64,000 bases of DNA from contig JBFWNU010000001.1 of the NCBI GenBank assembly GCA_050250895.1, positions 2,660,891-2,724,890 on the forward strand. The letters run 5' to 3'. Origin of the DNA: Vulcanimicrobiota bacterium (GTDB taxonomy: Bacteria; Vulcanimicrobiota; Xenobia; Xenobiales; JADMJV01). Both the position numbers and the translations under genes were made by a program. This document shows positions 38,707-48,171 of the stretch, piece by piece; position 1 is the first letter of the stretch; every line of letters begins with the position of its first letter. The notes under the pieces are model-generated. The model was given only the letters and a program-made list of their open reading frames with translations, did not search any database and had not been told where the DNA came from.

Positions 38707-39954
38707 CTAAGGGCCGCCCAGGGGCTGCGGGTCGATGCGCACGACCGAATAGTTGTCAGGGCTCGAGTTCCATTGGGCCCACAGTTGCCCGTCGGGGTCG
38801 ACCTCAAGGTTGGAAAGGTTCGAGATATAACCGCTTGGGTTGGCGGTAGTGTCAGGACCCGTCCACTCGATGGCCATCACCGGGGCCAGCGGCTTCCAGG
38901 TGCCGGAGGATGAGCCGGGCGCGTCGGGAGAAAACTGCTGAACTACCGAAGCCGAGCCAGGGGGGTTTGAAGCCACATACAGCTTGCCGTCACTATCGCT
39001 GGCCAGCCCACCGTCGTAGTTGGGCGGCGCCAGCAGAGAACTGAGACGAGGCACGCCGGTGGTGGGATCGAACTCGTAGCTGAGCGGAGTGGGCAGCGTC
39101 TTCCAGCCGGCACTGTCATGTTGATAGAGCTTGGGGCTCCCTGACGAGGTCGCGCTAGCGAAGGCGCGGGCATCTCCATTCTTGGCGGCGGCTACCTGGG
39201 TCAAAGTGGTGCCCGAAGGAGCGTCGACCCGAGTCCAGGCCATCTCGGTGGAAGGGGTGTTGCCCAGGTTGAGGACCATCAAGCTGTTATCGCCCCCCTG
39301 GCACACCAGCCAGGCATCGCCTCCGGCCGAAAGGCCCGAGATGGCCACGCCGCCCGGCACGTCGGGCATCTGCATCCAACCCTGGCCTTTGCGATAGCGC
39401 CACAACCGGGTCTGGCTGCCGTCGCTACCGATGGCGTAGCAATCTCCGTTCGGAGTGGGAGCAATGGAGAGGACCTGCGGGTGGCCTGGGATCGGAGGTA
39501 GGCTACTCCAGTTCCCGTCGCGCACTGACGAAACCCCCACCGTGTCCGGTCCTCCCCCGGTGTCGGGGGCGACCGAATAGAACTGGCTACTCTCTTCGTC
39601 CTCGGTCAGCATCGGCACGCTCAGGGTGGTAAGCTGGGTGCCCACCCGCGCCTCGCAGCGCAAGACCCAGCGGTCGGCTCCCATGTCCTCGAGCCAGCAT
39701 CGAGTGTCGGGCGTCGACTCGTCGGCGTTGGCCTTGCCCTGGTGCGAGCTGATCCAGTTGGGGTCATTGTTCATCAGATAGACGGACCGGCTGATGCCAC
39801 GCTTGGCCAGGTAGTAGACCTCGGATTTCTGATAGCTGAACAGCGCCGCGTGACTCTGGAAGTTGGCCCGGTAGACGGCGGCGACGGCCCACATCATCAT
39901 GATCATGGCGATCACCAGGGCCGAGAAAAGGATGGCTCCGGTCCGTCGTTTCAT
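38707..39954 (-). CDS. PilX-like pilin fused to a beta-propeller
   Basis: RTG|AILFSAL (no Glu5), YYLAKRG, repeated W..(L/M)P motifs. Confidence 0.75.
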   Translation of the reverse strand: MKRRTGAILFSALVIAMIMMMWAVAAVYRANFQSHAALFSYQKSEVYYLAKRGISRSVYLMNNDPNWISSHQGKANADESTPDTRCWLEDMGADRWVLRCEARVGTQLTTLSVPMLTEDEESSQFYSVAPDTGGGPDTVGVSSVRDGNWSSLPPIPGHPQVLSIAPTPNGDCYAIGSDGSQTRLWRYRKGQGWMQMPDVPGGVAISGLSAGGDAWLVCQGGDNSLMVLNLGNTPSTEMAWTRVDAPSGTTLTQVAAAKNGDARAFASATSSGSPKLYQHDSAGWKTLPTPLSYEFDPTTGVPRLSSLLAPPNYDGGLASDSDGKLYVASNPPGSASVVQQFSPDAPGSSSGTWKPLAPVMAIEWTGPDTTANPSGYISNLSNLEVDPDGQLWAQWNSSPDNYSVVRIDPQPLGGP

Positions 39955-40511
39955 TGGTTGTTCCCCGTGTGGATGAAATAGCGAAAGCTTTGATAGTTGT
40001 TGTCTTGCACCCGATGCGGGCTCTTTTGGCCGACGGCCCCGACCACCATGAGGGTCTGGTTTCCCTGGTTCCAGGCGAAAAGGATGGCTCCGTCGCGTCC
40101 CATCGTCACCAGCGGTTGGCGCTGGCCTTGAAAGTCTCGCACTAAGGTGCCGTTTTCGATGTGCATCAGGGCCACATCAGGGTCGGCGGGCGCTCCCGGT
40201 AGCCAGTCGGGATAGCCTTCGGGAGTGAATCGAGGAAGGCCGTCCTGGCGCCGAGCCACCCAATACTCCAAACCTCCGTTGGGGTTGACTCCGATGACGC
40301 GGGCGGTGCGCATCTCGCCCCGGATCCGTTCGAAGACCATCATCATCTGGCCGGTCACGTCGGTGTGGTGAACCGCCTTCTCTGAGGCCATCTGGTTCTG
40401 TCGCATCAAAAGAGCCATGACTGTGGCCATGCCGATAAACAACGTCGAGGCCACCAGCACCTCGATGAGAGTCGAGCCCTTAGTAGTTGTAGAAGGTCGT
40501 TTCCAGAACAT
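39951..40511 (-). CDS. Minor pilin, PilW/PulJ-like
   Basis: KG|STLIEVLVA, ERIRGEMRTA. Confidence 0.8.
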   Translation of the reverse strand: MFWKRPSTTTKGSTLIEVLVASTLFIGMATVMALLMRQNQMASEKAVHHTDVTGQMMMVFERIRGEMRTARVIGVNPNGGLEYWVARRQDGLPRFTPEGYPDWLPGAPADPDVALMHIENGTLVRDFQGQRQPLVTMGRDGAILFAWNQGNQTLMVVGAVGQKSPHRVQDNNYQSFRYFIHTGNNQ

Positions 40512-40875
40512 AAGTCTTTTCTACGCCGTCTTCGCTCCAGAAGACACGGCTGCGGACGGCCCGCAGCAGGTTGGTGGGATCCTCATAACCCAGGTCTTCG
40601 ACCACGAAGTCGAAATCGGGGAACTGGGTGGATTTCAGTCGGGGGGTATTGATGTTGGCGGGTGGAGTGTGGAAGTTGACCTTGAGCACCGACTCGACCA
40701 GCGCCAATTCGGTGGAGGCGATCATGTTGGCGATGTGCCGATTGCGATTACCGGTGGTGGCCCGTAAGGTATAGGCGTTGACGCTGACGATGGCAAAGAT
40801 GCCGATCAAAAGCACCAGCATGGCCACCAGGGCCTCGGTCAGGTTGAATCCTCTAGAATTCCCCAACCGGCACAT
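40480..40875 (-). CDS. Minor pilin, PilV-like
   Basis: RG|FNLTEALVAM, VRSRVFW...YVLET. Confidence 0.85.
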   Translation of the reverse strand: MCRLGNSRGFNLTEALVAMLVLLIGIFAIVSVNAYTLRATTGNRNRHIANMIASTELALVESVLKVNFHTPPANINTPRLKSTQFPDFDFVVEDLGYEDPTNLLRAVRSRVFWSEDGVEKTYVLETTFYNY

Positions 40876-41368
40876 AGCGCTTTCGACCGGCAGGCACTCC
40901 CGGAGCCAGCCCCATGTCGACCTGTCCGGTGGTCGAGGTGGTCTGAGTGAAGAACTTGATCTGGTGGTTGTTATAGAGGAAGTCGGGGCGCTGTCGAACG
41001 ATGGTGGGCAAAGGGCCGAGCAAGCTCGGTCCGCCACCCCACACCCCGAATCCCCCCGTGATGTTGGAAGGGGTGAAGCTTACTGGTCCCGGTGGAACGG
41101 CGGCCGGGATGGTGACGTTGCCCAGGGCTCCAAAGCCCAGGGGCGAGCCCGAGCCGATCGATCCCCCGTCGAAGAAGATACTGCCGTCCCGTGGCGAGAT
41201 CACGGCCGAGCCGAAGTTTCCAAAGTCGCCAGTGGTGATCCGAAAAACGTTGAGCGGAACCGAGTTGACTGCTGGGTCCTGGCTGCTGAGCAAAGTCTGA
41301 GCGTCAGCAGACGAGAAGGTCAGCCCCATGAGCAGACAGGCTATCGGCAACCAGCGGATGCGGTCCAT
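40853..41368 (-). CDS. Secreted hypothetical protein heading a pilin cassette
   Basis: Sec-type signal (ADA|Q), overlap with the downstream pilin gene. Confidence 0.65.
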   Translation of the reverse strand: MDRIRWLPIACLLMGLTFSSADAQTLLSSQDPAVNSVPLNVFRITTGDFGNFGSAVISPRDGSIFFDGGSIGSGSPLGFGALGNVTIPAAVPPGPVSFTPSNITGGFGVWGGGPSLLGPLPTIVRQRPDFLYNNHQIKFFTQTTSTTGQVDMGLAPGVPAGRKRYVPVGEF

Positions 41369-41479
41369 CCTTCGAGCCCTCCCTTCGCAAGGTAGATCCA
41401 ACCTGATTCAAGATTTCTGGACGAGAGCAAGGAACCCCTTCTGGAGGGGTCGCGTTGCGACCAGGGCGAAGATTTCCCT

Positions 41480-42712
41480 ATGGGTCGGGGCGAGGATAAA
41501 CTGTACGAGTATCGAGTCCTGGATGCCGACGGCCTGTCCCGCACGGGCGAGGTGCCGGCCGCCAGCCCTCAGGCTGCCCGGCGTCATTTGAAAGACGCCG
41601 GTTTCGCCACGGTGCTCTACGTCAAAGAGACGGGACGGACTCAGCCGGCGCTGGCGGTCACCAATCTCACCGCCAGCCGTCGGGTCGGGGGGCTCAAGGC
41701 CCAGGACCTGCAACTTCTCACCCTGCATCTGGCCACCATGCTCGGTTGCGGCGTGAGTCTGAGCCACGCCCTCGCTGTGCTCGGCGACAGTGAGCAGGAC
41801 GCGGTAGCCATCTGCGCGCGCCGGCTACTCAAGCATCTCGAAGGTGGTCATCCCCTGTCGCAGGCGATGTTGGCCCAGCCCGAGACCTTTTCGGGAAGCT
41901 ATGTGGGAGTCGTCGAGACGGGTGAGGTGACGGGTGGTCTCCACGTTAGCCTGGCTCGTCTGGCCCAGACCCTCGAGCGCCAGAACGAGGTGCTGCGACG
42001 GCTCAAAGGAGCCCTGGTCTACCCCGCCTTTCTCTTGCTCAGCTGCGGAGCGCTGATGCTGGTCATGCTGTATCTGATCTTTCCCATGGTCATTTCGGTC
42101 ACGGCCGCCGCCGGGGTCGAGCCTCCGCTGCTCACGCAGGTGCTCATCGTGCTGACCCGCCCGCGCACCTTTCTGAGCCTGCTGGTGGCCGTCGGCCTAC
42201 CCATCTTCTTGCTGGTCCGGCTCTGGCTTCACCCCCAGCGGGGACTACGTCTGCGCCGGGCCTTCGAGCGTCGCAACCCGGTGGGTCGGTTTTACGCCCA
42301 CGTCCAGGTCCTGTCGAGCATGCGCCACCTGGCCCTGATGTTGGCCAGCGGGGTCGACCTGCTCAAGGCCCTGATCCACAGCGGTCGTATCGGCGCGGGC
42401 AGCGTGCTGGTGCGCGAAGCCTTCGCCGAGGTGATCAATCAGGTCAAGCTCGGCTTCGAGCTGAGCACCAGCCTTGAACAGCACGAGGTCTTCCCCCCGG
42501 CTCTCTCGGGGATGGTGGCCGTCTCCGAGGCCACCGGTCGGCTCGATCACATGCTCAACAAGTTCTGCGATCTTTTCGAGGAGGGACTTAATAGCAAGAT
42601 CTCGGTGGTGTCGGCGGCCCTCGAACCGGTCATCTTGATGGTCATGGGGGTGGTCATCGGCACCATCCTCATCGCTGCCTTTCTCCCCATCTATAAGCTG
42701 GTCAGTCTGTAG
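41480..42712 (+). CDS. pilC: Type II secretion F-family/PilC platform protein
   Basis: YEYRVLDADG...GEV N-terminus, HLATMLGCGV, TGEVTG, ALVYP, ALEP, FLPIY. Confidence 0.9.
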   Translation: MGRGEDKLYEYRVLDADGLSRTGEVPAASPQAARRHLKDAGFATVLYVKETGRTQPALAVTNLTASRRVGGLKAQDLQLLTLHLATMLGCGVSLSHALAVLGDSEQDAVAICARRLLKHLEGGHPLSQAMLAQPETFSGSYVGVVETGEVTGGLHVSLARLAQTLERQNEVLRRLKGALVYPAFLLLSCGALMLVMLYLIFPMVISVTAAAGVEPPLLTQVLIVLTRPRTFLSLLVAVGLPIFLLVRLWLHPQRGLRLRRAFERRNPVGRFYAHVQVLSSMRHLALMLASGVDLLKALIHSGRIGAGSVLVREAFAEVINQVKLGFELSTSLEQHEVFPPALSGMVAVSEATGRLDHMLNKFCDLFEEGLNSKISVVSAALEPVILMVMGVVIGTILIAAFLPIYKLVSL

Positions 42713-43680
42713 GCCAACTCGAGCGCCTCTTCCCGACTCTCGAATTCTCCGGCCACGTAGGCCTCCAGCAACTGTTCGTAGGTCTCGGCCCCACCCACCT
42801 CGGCCGGGCTCACCGGCAGGGAGGCAAAAGCCAGAGGACCGCAGGCGAAAAACTCCTCGAGCAACTGGTCGGCCAGATGCTCCCTGGCCGGGTCGAGGCT
42901 GCGCCACAGCATCACCGCCTCCGGCAGCTCTTCGCCCAGTTGCCGGAAGGCTCGAAACAACTCGACGGGGTCGGGTTCGGCGCTCAAAGCCCGTAGCGGC
43001 GCCAGCTCGATAGCCAGCTCACCGGCCGCCGCCCGCACCAGGCGATGGCGTCTCACGGGTCCAAAATGGCGAGCGGCGGCTCCCTCCAGCCGGGTCAGCC
43101 GAGCCCGCATGAGCGCCACTGCCGGGCCTTCCTCTGGCAGGCGGCTCGGTTGGGGCTGGGCCAGGCTGGCTTTCACTGTGGCGAGGTCGGCTCGAGCCAT
43201 CGGCGCCTGGCTGAAATCGCACCAGAACTGTCGCTCGGCACTGGGATAGACAGTGAATTCCATGTTCGCCTCGTCCTCGAACCTCCAGTGGAAGAACTCT
43301 CCCACTTGCTCGAAGCGAGCCGACTCCGGCAGCCAGTCGCGGGGAGCCTCGGGGTCCGAGTGATGCAGATGCAGGTCGATGTCTGAGTCGGGCCGGATGC
43401 GCCCACTCCAGACCGACCCTACCAATCGGGGCTGGAACGGCTCGAGTCGTTGCATCCATCTCACGGCTACTGCGCGCAGCCGGTTCAGTCGCTCGCCATG
43501 GGCTTCTCCCTCGACTCTTCGTCCCACTGCCAGCAACAGGTCGTGCACCTGGCGGTTAGCCGGCAGGGACCGCGTGCCCTGGCGGCGGGCCGCCTCTCGC
43601 TTGGCCGGCAGATACTCCCGATGCACTCCTCGATAGAGCAGCCTTGCCGCGCCCAGCGCCACCTGGTGCCTCAATCGCAT
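42691..43680 (-). CDS. Pol-beta-superfamily nucleotidyltransferase domain protein
   Basis: LVGSVWSG...DSDIDLH; N-terminal AARLLY...EY..AKREAAR. Confidence 0.72.
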   Translation of the reverse strand: MRLRHQVALGAARLLYRGVHREYLPAKREAARRQGTRSLPANRQVHDLLLAVGRRVEGEAHGERLNRLRAVAVRWMQRLEPFQPRLVGSVWSGRIRPDSDIDLHLHHSDPEAPRDWLPESARFEQVGEFFHWRFEDEANMEFTVYPSAERQFWCDFSQAPMARADLATVKASLAQPQPSRLPEEGPAVALMRARLTRLEGAAARHFGPVRRHRLVRAAAGELAIELAPLRALSAEPDPVELFRAFRQLGEELPEAVMLWRSLDPAREHLADQLLEEFFACGPLAFASLPVSPAEVGGAETYEQLLEAYVAGEFESREEALELAYRLTSL

Positions 43681-43773
43681 ATCACCAGCCTAGCATCCCA
43701 ATGTTTACATGATGTTTCGCACTTGCCCGGCTTCCTGGCATAATGTGTTGGCACAACGCTCAAGGAGACCGCC

Positions 43774-44760
43774 ATGCAGATTGCTGCCGCCGGTGTCCGA
43801 CCCTCATCCCGCAGCTACGAAGTGATCGCCACAGGTCAGGTCGACGACCCCACCGTGTCTGGCGACGGCCAGGTCTTTGCCTGGACCCGACGCGCCCCCA
43901 GCGTGTCCGAGATCGAAATGCAGCGTCGCGGCCAGGAGCCTCTGCTGGTGACCGACGACGACTACGCCGACAAGAAGCCCGTCCTCAACCGCGACGGCTC
44001 GGTCTGCGTGTGGGAGCGCTTCGACCGCACCGGCACCGAGAGTTGGGACATTTACCGGATGGGCCCCGGCGACAGCGAGCCCCAGGTGGTGGGCGCCGGC
44101 CCCGGCCCCGACTGGGACCCCCAGCTCAGCGACGACGGCAACAGCGTGGTTTGGGGACGCTACTCTCCTGACTATCGCGAGCGGACCGCCATGCTCTGGC
44201 ACAATGGCCAGGGCGAGACGGGCATGTCCGAGCCCCCCGTACTCTCGGCTCTGCCTCAGATCGCCGGCGACGGCGAGCGTGCCTTCTTCATGCGCCTGGC
44301 CCCGGCCAATTCCAGCAATCAGATCTGGATGCAAGAGGCGGATGGCTATCAAAAGCCCCTCCTTTACGAGACCGACCCCCGCAGCCGTAACAACCGCCAC
44401 GCCTTCAAGACCAACGACCACGGCGACTGGCTGACCTGGGTCGAGAAGGATGGAGCCGGTCCTGCCTCGTTGTTTCGCTGGCATCTCTCGGACGGCTTCT
44501 TCGAGAAGGTGGCCGAGGCCCCGATCATCGGCAGCGTCGACCTCTCTAACGACGGCCAGACGATGACCTGGACCCAGAGCGAGCCGGGGACGACCTCCCA
44601 GGTGATGCTCCGTCACGATGGCAAGACCATTCAGGTCACCGATGACGCCGAGGGACACAACGCCAACCCGACGCTGTCAGACGACGGTCACACCCTGGTC
44701 TGGCTGTGGCGCAATCCCAAATACCTGCACCCCAACGAAGTCCGCAAGCTCGACCTCTAG
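43774..44760 (+). CDS. TolB-like (PD40) beta-propeller protein
   Basis: Seven P.(L/V)S.DG...(V/F)W repeats, AAGGAG RBS. Confidence 0.8.
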   Translation: MQIAAAGVRPSSRSYEVIATGQVDDPTVSGDGQVFAWTRRAPSVSEIEMQRRGQEPLLVTDDDYADKKPVLNRDGSVCVWERFDRTGTESWDIYRMGPGDSEPQVVGAGPGPDWDPQLSDDGNSVVWGRYSPDYRERTAMLWHNGQGETGMSEPPVLSALPQIAGDGERAFFMRLAPANSSNQIWMQEADGYQKPLLYETDPRSRNNRHAFKTNDHGDWLTWVEKDGAGPASLFRWHLSDGFFEKVAEAPIIGSVDLSNDGQTMTWTQSEPGTTSQVMLRHDGKTIQVTDDAEGHNANPTLSDDGHTLVWLWRNPKYLHPNEVRKLDL

Positions 44761-44937
44761 GCGGGCCTTCGTGCGGGTGGTCCGGCCGGTTGGCACCCGA
44801 TTTGACCGAGCGGAGCAGATGCGGTATGATGGTGGGTAGAGCTTGGCCAGTCGGCCCGGCGAACCCGAGACCTATCCTCTTTCCCGTCTCCGTGTTTCCC
44901 CGTTGTTTTGCCCTGGCTTTGCATGATTTGGAGAACT

Positions 44938-45153
44938 ATGATCTATATAAAGAACTTCCCATCGAGCTGCCGCTCTGAGCTACTCACTCTCTTCGAGAAG
45001 TTTGGCGGCGCCGCGGTGGTCAGCCTGACCCGCGGCTGTGGGCTGGTGCGGATGCAAGACCGCGAGGAGGCCCTGGATGCCATTTCGCATCTCAACGGAC
45101 ACCTCTTCGAGGGACATCGCCTCTCGGTGGGCCCGACCCGCCGCCCCGGCTAG
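44938..45153 (+). CDS. RRM RNA-binding protein
   Basis: IYIKNF (RNP2), RGCGLVRM (RNP1-like), AISHLNG..FEGHRLSV. Confidence 0.75.
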   Translation: MIYIKNFPSSCRSELLTLFEKFGGAAVVSLTRGCGLVRMQDREEALDAISHLNGHLFEGHRLSVGPTRRPG

Positions 45154-45171
45154 GCTCGAGCCTGCCAAACG

Positions 45172-45205
45172 AAAAAAGCCCGTCGGCCTCGCCGACGGGC
45201 TTTTT
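45172..45205. terminator. Bidirectional intrinsic terminator
   Basis: AAAAAAGCCCGTCGGC-ctc-GCCGACGGGCTTTTT between convergent genes. Confidence 0.9.
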
Positions 45206-45217
45206 GGTTGGAAGCGC

Positions 45218-47431
45218 CTACTTCACGAAGAGCATTTCGCGGTAAGACGGCAGCGGCCAGAGTTCGGCCGAGACCTGAGTCTCGAGTTCGTCGCCCAGCG
45301 TGCGCAGCTCATCCATGACCGGCAGCACCTTGCTCTTGAGCAGCTTGGCGTGCTTGTTCAGGTCGTCGTCGTGCAGGGTGCTTAGCTCGGTGAGCTTGTC
45401 GAGGGTCTTGGCGTAGCGGTCGACCAGCTCGGCAAAGCTCTTCAAAGTCGCCTTGAGCGCCGGAGCCTTGACTCCGGCCGCCTCGGTGGCGACGATGGTC
45501 TTGGCCAGTCGGGCCTGATGCTCGAGGGCGGCTGCCATGATGTTCTGGCGGCCGATGAGGACCATCTGCTCGACCTCGATCTGCAACTCTTTGACGTACT
45601 TCTCCATGAAGATGTGGACGCGGCTTTCCACTTCTTCGCCCGTGAGCACCTTGTACTTCTCGAAGAGCTTGATGTTCTTCTTGTCGCCCAGGGCGGGAAT
45701 GGCGGTGGTGCAGTCGGCGAGGTTGGGAAGGCCACGCTTCTTGGCTTCGTTGTGCCACTCTTCGGTGTAGTTGTCGCCGTTGAAGATGATCCGCTTGTGG
45801 TCGCGGATGATCTGCTGCATCACGGCTACGGCCGCTTTGCGGCGAGCTTCGGGAGTCACTTCCTTCTTGCCGAGCTTTTTCTCGAGCTCGGTGGCCACGT
45901 AGTCGAGCGACTCGGCCACCATCGTGTTGAGGATGGTGTTCGGCCAGGCCACCGACTGCGACGAACCCACGGCGCGGAACTCGAACTTGTTGCCGGTGAA
46001 GGCGAAGGGCGAGGTGCGGTTGCGGTCGCCCGAGTGACGAGGCAGCTGAGGCAGGGTGCGCGAGCCCAGGTCGAGAGCGCCGCCCTTGAGGGTGCGTTCG
46101 CTGGTGCCCTTCTCGAGCTGCTCGCACAGGTCGGTCAACATATCGCCCAGGAAGATCGACATGATGGCCGGTGGAGCTTCGTTGGCACCGAGGCGATGGT
46201 CGTTGCCAGTCGAGGCCACGCTGGCGCGCAGCAGGTCGCCGTGCAGGTCGACGGCGCGGATGACGGCGCACAAGAACACCAGGAAGAGGGTGTTGGTGTG
46301 GGTCTCGTCCTGCGGGTCGAGCAGGTTGCTGCCGGTGCTGGTGACCATCGACCAGTTGTTGTGCTTGCCCGAGCCGTTGACACCGGCGAAAGGCTTCTCA
46401 TGTAGCAGCACCTGCAAGCCGTAGCGCGGAGCCACGCGGCGCAGGGTCTCCATGATCAGCATCTGGTGGTCGCAAGCGACGTTGGCCGTCTCGAAGGTCG
46501 GAGCGATCTCGAACTGGCCGGGGGCCACTTCGTTGTGGCGGGTCTTCACCGGCACGCCGACCCGATACAGATCCCGCTCGACTTCGGCCATAAACGATAG
46601 CACGCGAGGCGGAATCGAGCCGAAGTAGTGATCCTCCATCTGCTGGCCCTTCGGAGGCTTGGCGCCGAACAGAGTGCGCTCGCAGGTGACCAGGTCGGGG
46701 CGTGAATAGTAGAGGTTGCGATCGATCAGAAAATACTCTTGTTCGCAGCCGAGAGTCGTCAGAACGCGCTTGACGCCGTGGTCAGCATCGAAAATCTTGA
46801 GGATGCGCAGGGCCTGGTTCGAGACCGCATCCATCGAGCGCAGCAGGGGCGTCTTGTGGTCAAGCGCCGCGCCCGTCCAGGAGACGAAGGCGGTGGGAAT
46901 GACCAGGGTCACGTGGTTGCGGCCGCGGACCAGGAAGGCCGGGCTGCTCGGGTCCCAGGCGGTGTAGCCGCGGGCTTCAAAGGTCGCGCGCAGACCGCCG
47001 GAGGGAAAGCTCGAAGCGTCGGGCTCGCCCTGGGTCAACTCCGAACCGGAGAGGCTGAAGTGCATTCCGCCTTCGTTGTCGCTCACGATGAACGAGTCGT
47101 GCTTTTCGGCGGTGCTGCCGGTCAAAGGCTGGAACCAGTGAGTGTAGTGAGTGGCTCCGTTCTCGATAGCCCAGTCTTTCATGGCCGAGGCCACGACATC
47201 GGCGATCTCGGGGTTGAGGGCCTCGCCCGACTCGAAGGTACGCATGAGCTGCTTGAAAACGGCTTTGGGAAGGCGCTGGCGCATCTCGTTGATGCTAAAG
47301 ACGTCAGCACCATAGAACTGATCGACCCGCTCGGGTTTCTTGCCGTTGGAGTGACCATTGGCGTGGGCCTGTTCGGACCACGTAATAGCGGCGGAGATGG
47401 CGCCGCGGCGTGCTTGTGTGGAACTCATCAT
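45218..47431 (-). CDS. glnA: Glutamine synthetase type III
   Basis: [77 protein letters not shown]. Confidence 0.96.
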   Translation of the reverse strand: MMSSTQARRGAISAAITWSEQAHANGHSNGKKPERVDQFYGADVFSINEMRQRLPKAVFKQLMRTFESGEALNPEIADVVASAMKDWAIENGATHYTHWFQPLTGSTAEKHDSFIVSDNEGGMHFSLSGSELTQGEPDASSFPSGGLRATFEARGYTAWDPSSPAFLVRGRNHVTLVIPTAFVSWTGAALDHKTPLLRSMDAVSNQALRILKIFDADHGVKRVLTTLGCEQEYFLIDRNLYYSRPDLVTCERTLFGAKPPKGQQMEDHYFGSIPPRVLSFMAEVERDLYRVGVPVKTRHNEVAPGQFEIAPTFETANVACDHQMLIMETLRRVAPRYGLQVLLHEKPFAGVNGSGKHNNWSMVTSTGSNLLDPQDETHTNTLFLVFLCAVIRAVDLHGDLLRASVASTGNDHRLGANEAPPAIMSIFLGDMLTDLCEQLEKGTSERTLKGGALDLGSRTLPQLPRHSGDRNRTSPFAFTGNKFEFRAVGSSQSVAWPNTILNTMVAESLDYVATELEKKLGKKEVTPEARRKAAVAVMQQIIRDHKRIIFNGDNYTEEWHNEAKKRGLPNLADCTTAIPALGDKKNIKLFEKYKVLTGEEVESRVHIFMEKYVKELQIEVEQMVLIGRQNIMAAALEHQARLAKTIVATEAAGVKAPALKATLKSFAELVDRYAKTLDKLTELSTLHDDDLNKHAKLLKSKVLPVMDELRTLGDELETQVSAELWPLPSYREMLFVK

Positions 47432-47523
47432 TGGACTCCCTTGTTGGTTGGTGCTCCAAGCCGGATCCCGCCCCGGAACGGCGGCCCCTTCGCGGACTGG
47501 GCCCAAAGTCTCCTTTAGGCATG

Positions 47524-47540
47524 AGCGAAAAATGGCCCAA
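47524..47540 (-). promoter_or_regulatory. Possible sigma-54 (-24/-12) promoter for glnA
   Basis: TTGGGCCATTTTTCGCT has GG-N10-GC spacing but is an imperfect consensus match. Confidence 0.3.
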
Positions 47541-47545
47541 CCACG

Positions 47546-47568
47546 AGAAAATGACCCGTTTGGGTCAT
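47546..47568 (-). terminator. Probable terminator of the 47575-48042 gene
   Basis: ATGACCC-aaac-GGGTCAT followed by TTTCT on -. Confidence 0.55.
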
Positions 47569-47574
47569 GGCGGT

Positions 47575-48042
47575 CTAGGCGCGAGGAGGGAGTTTGAACT
47601 CGCTGTAGCTGATGAGGCCCGAGTCGTTGTTGATCGACACACGCTGATACTCGCGCTGACCGTCATCGGCCACCTGAATCTTGGTGTAGCAGTCGACGTT
47701 GCGATTGACCAGCAGCACCCCGTTGATGCCCCCGGCCATGCAGCCGGCCACCTGGCTGGCGATGCGCAGCTGGGCGCCTCGCGCTTCGTCATTCTGGACG
47801 AAGGCTTTGAGTTCACCGTGGAGGTCCATGGAGTTGGCGGCCAGCACGCGGTCCGACTTGGGGTCGATGAGGGACAGGTGGGTCCAGCGGTTGAGCGCGG
47901 TCTGGTCCTCGATCTTGATCTCAGGCGCCTGGCGCTGAGCCCACTCGACCTCTTCTTTGACCTTCATGGCTTTCTGGTAAGCCTCGGCCTGGGACGGCGA
48001 GCGGAAATTTCCAATGTCCTGGGGGCGGATACTTACATCCAT
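47575..48042 (-). CDS. Hypothetical protein
   Basis: ORF with typical codon bias, followed by a terminator-like hairpin. Confidence 0.7.
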   Translation of the reverse strand: MDVSIRPQDIGNFRSPSQAEAYQKAMKVKEEVEWAQRQAPEIKIEDQTALNRWTHLSLIDPKSDRVLAANSMDLHGELKAFVQNDEARGAQLRIASQVAGCMAGGINGVLLVNRNVDCYTKIQVADDGQREYQRVSINNDSGLISYSEFKLPPRA

Positions 48043-48171
48043 AGCTAGAGCATTCCCCCCCGATGCGCTCTTCCCCTTGTAGAGTTTTGTTTAGGCATCG
48101 TTATGACATTCCCCAATTTCGACTACCGGTATAGTATCGGCTGGACCTGAAGAAAACCTAAAATGCCGATA

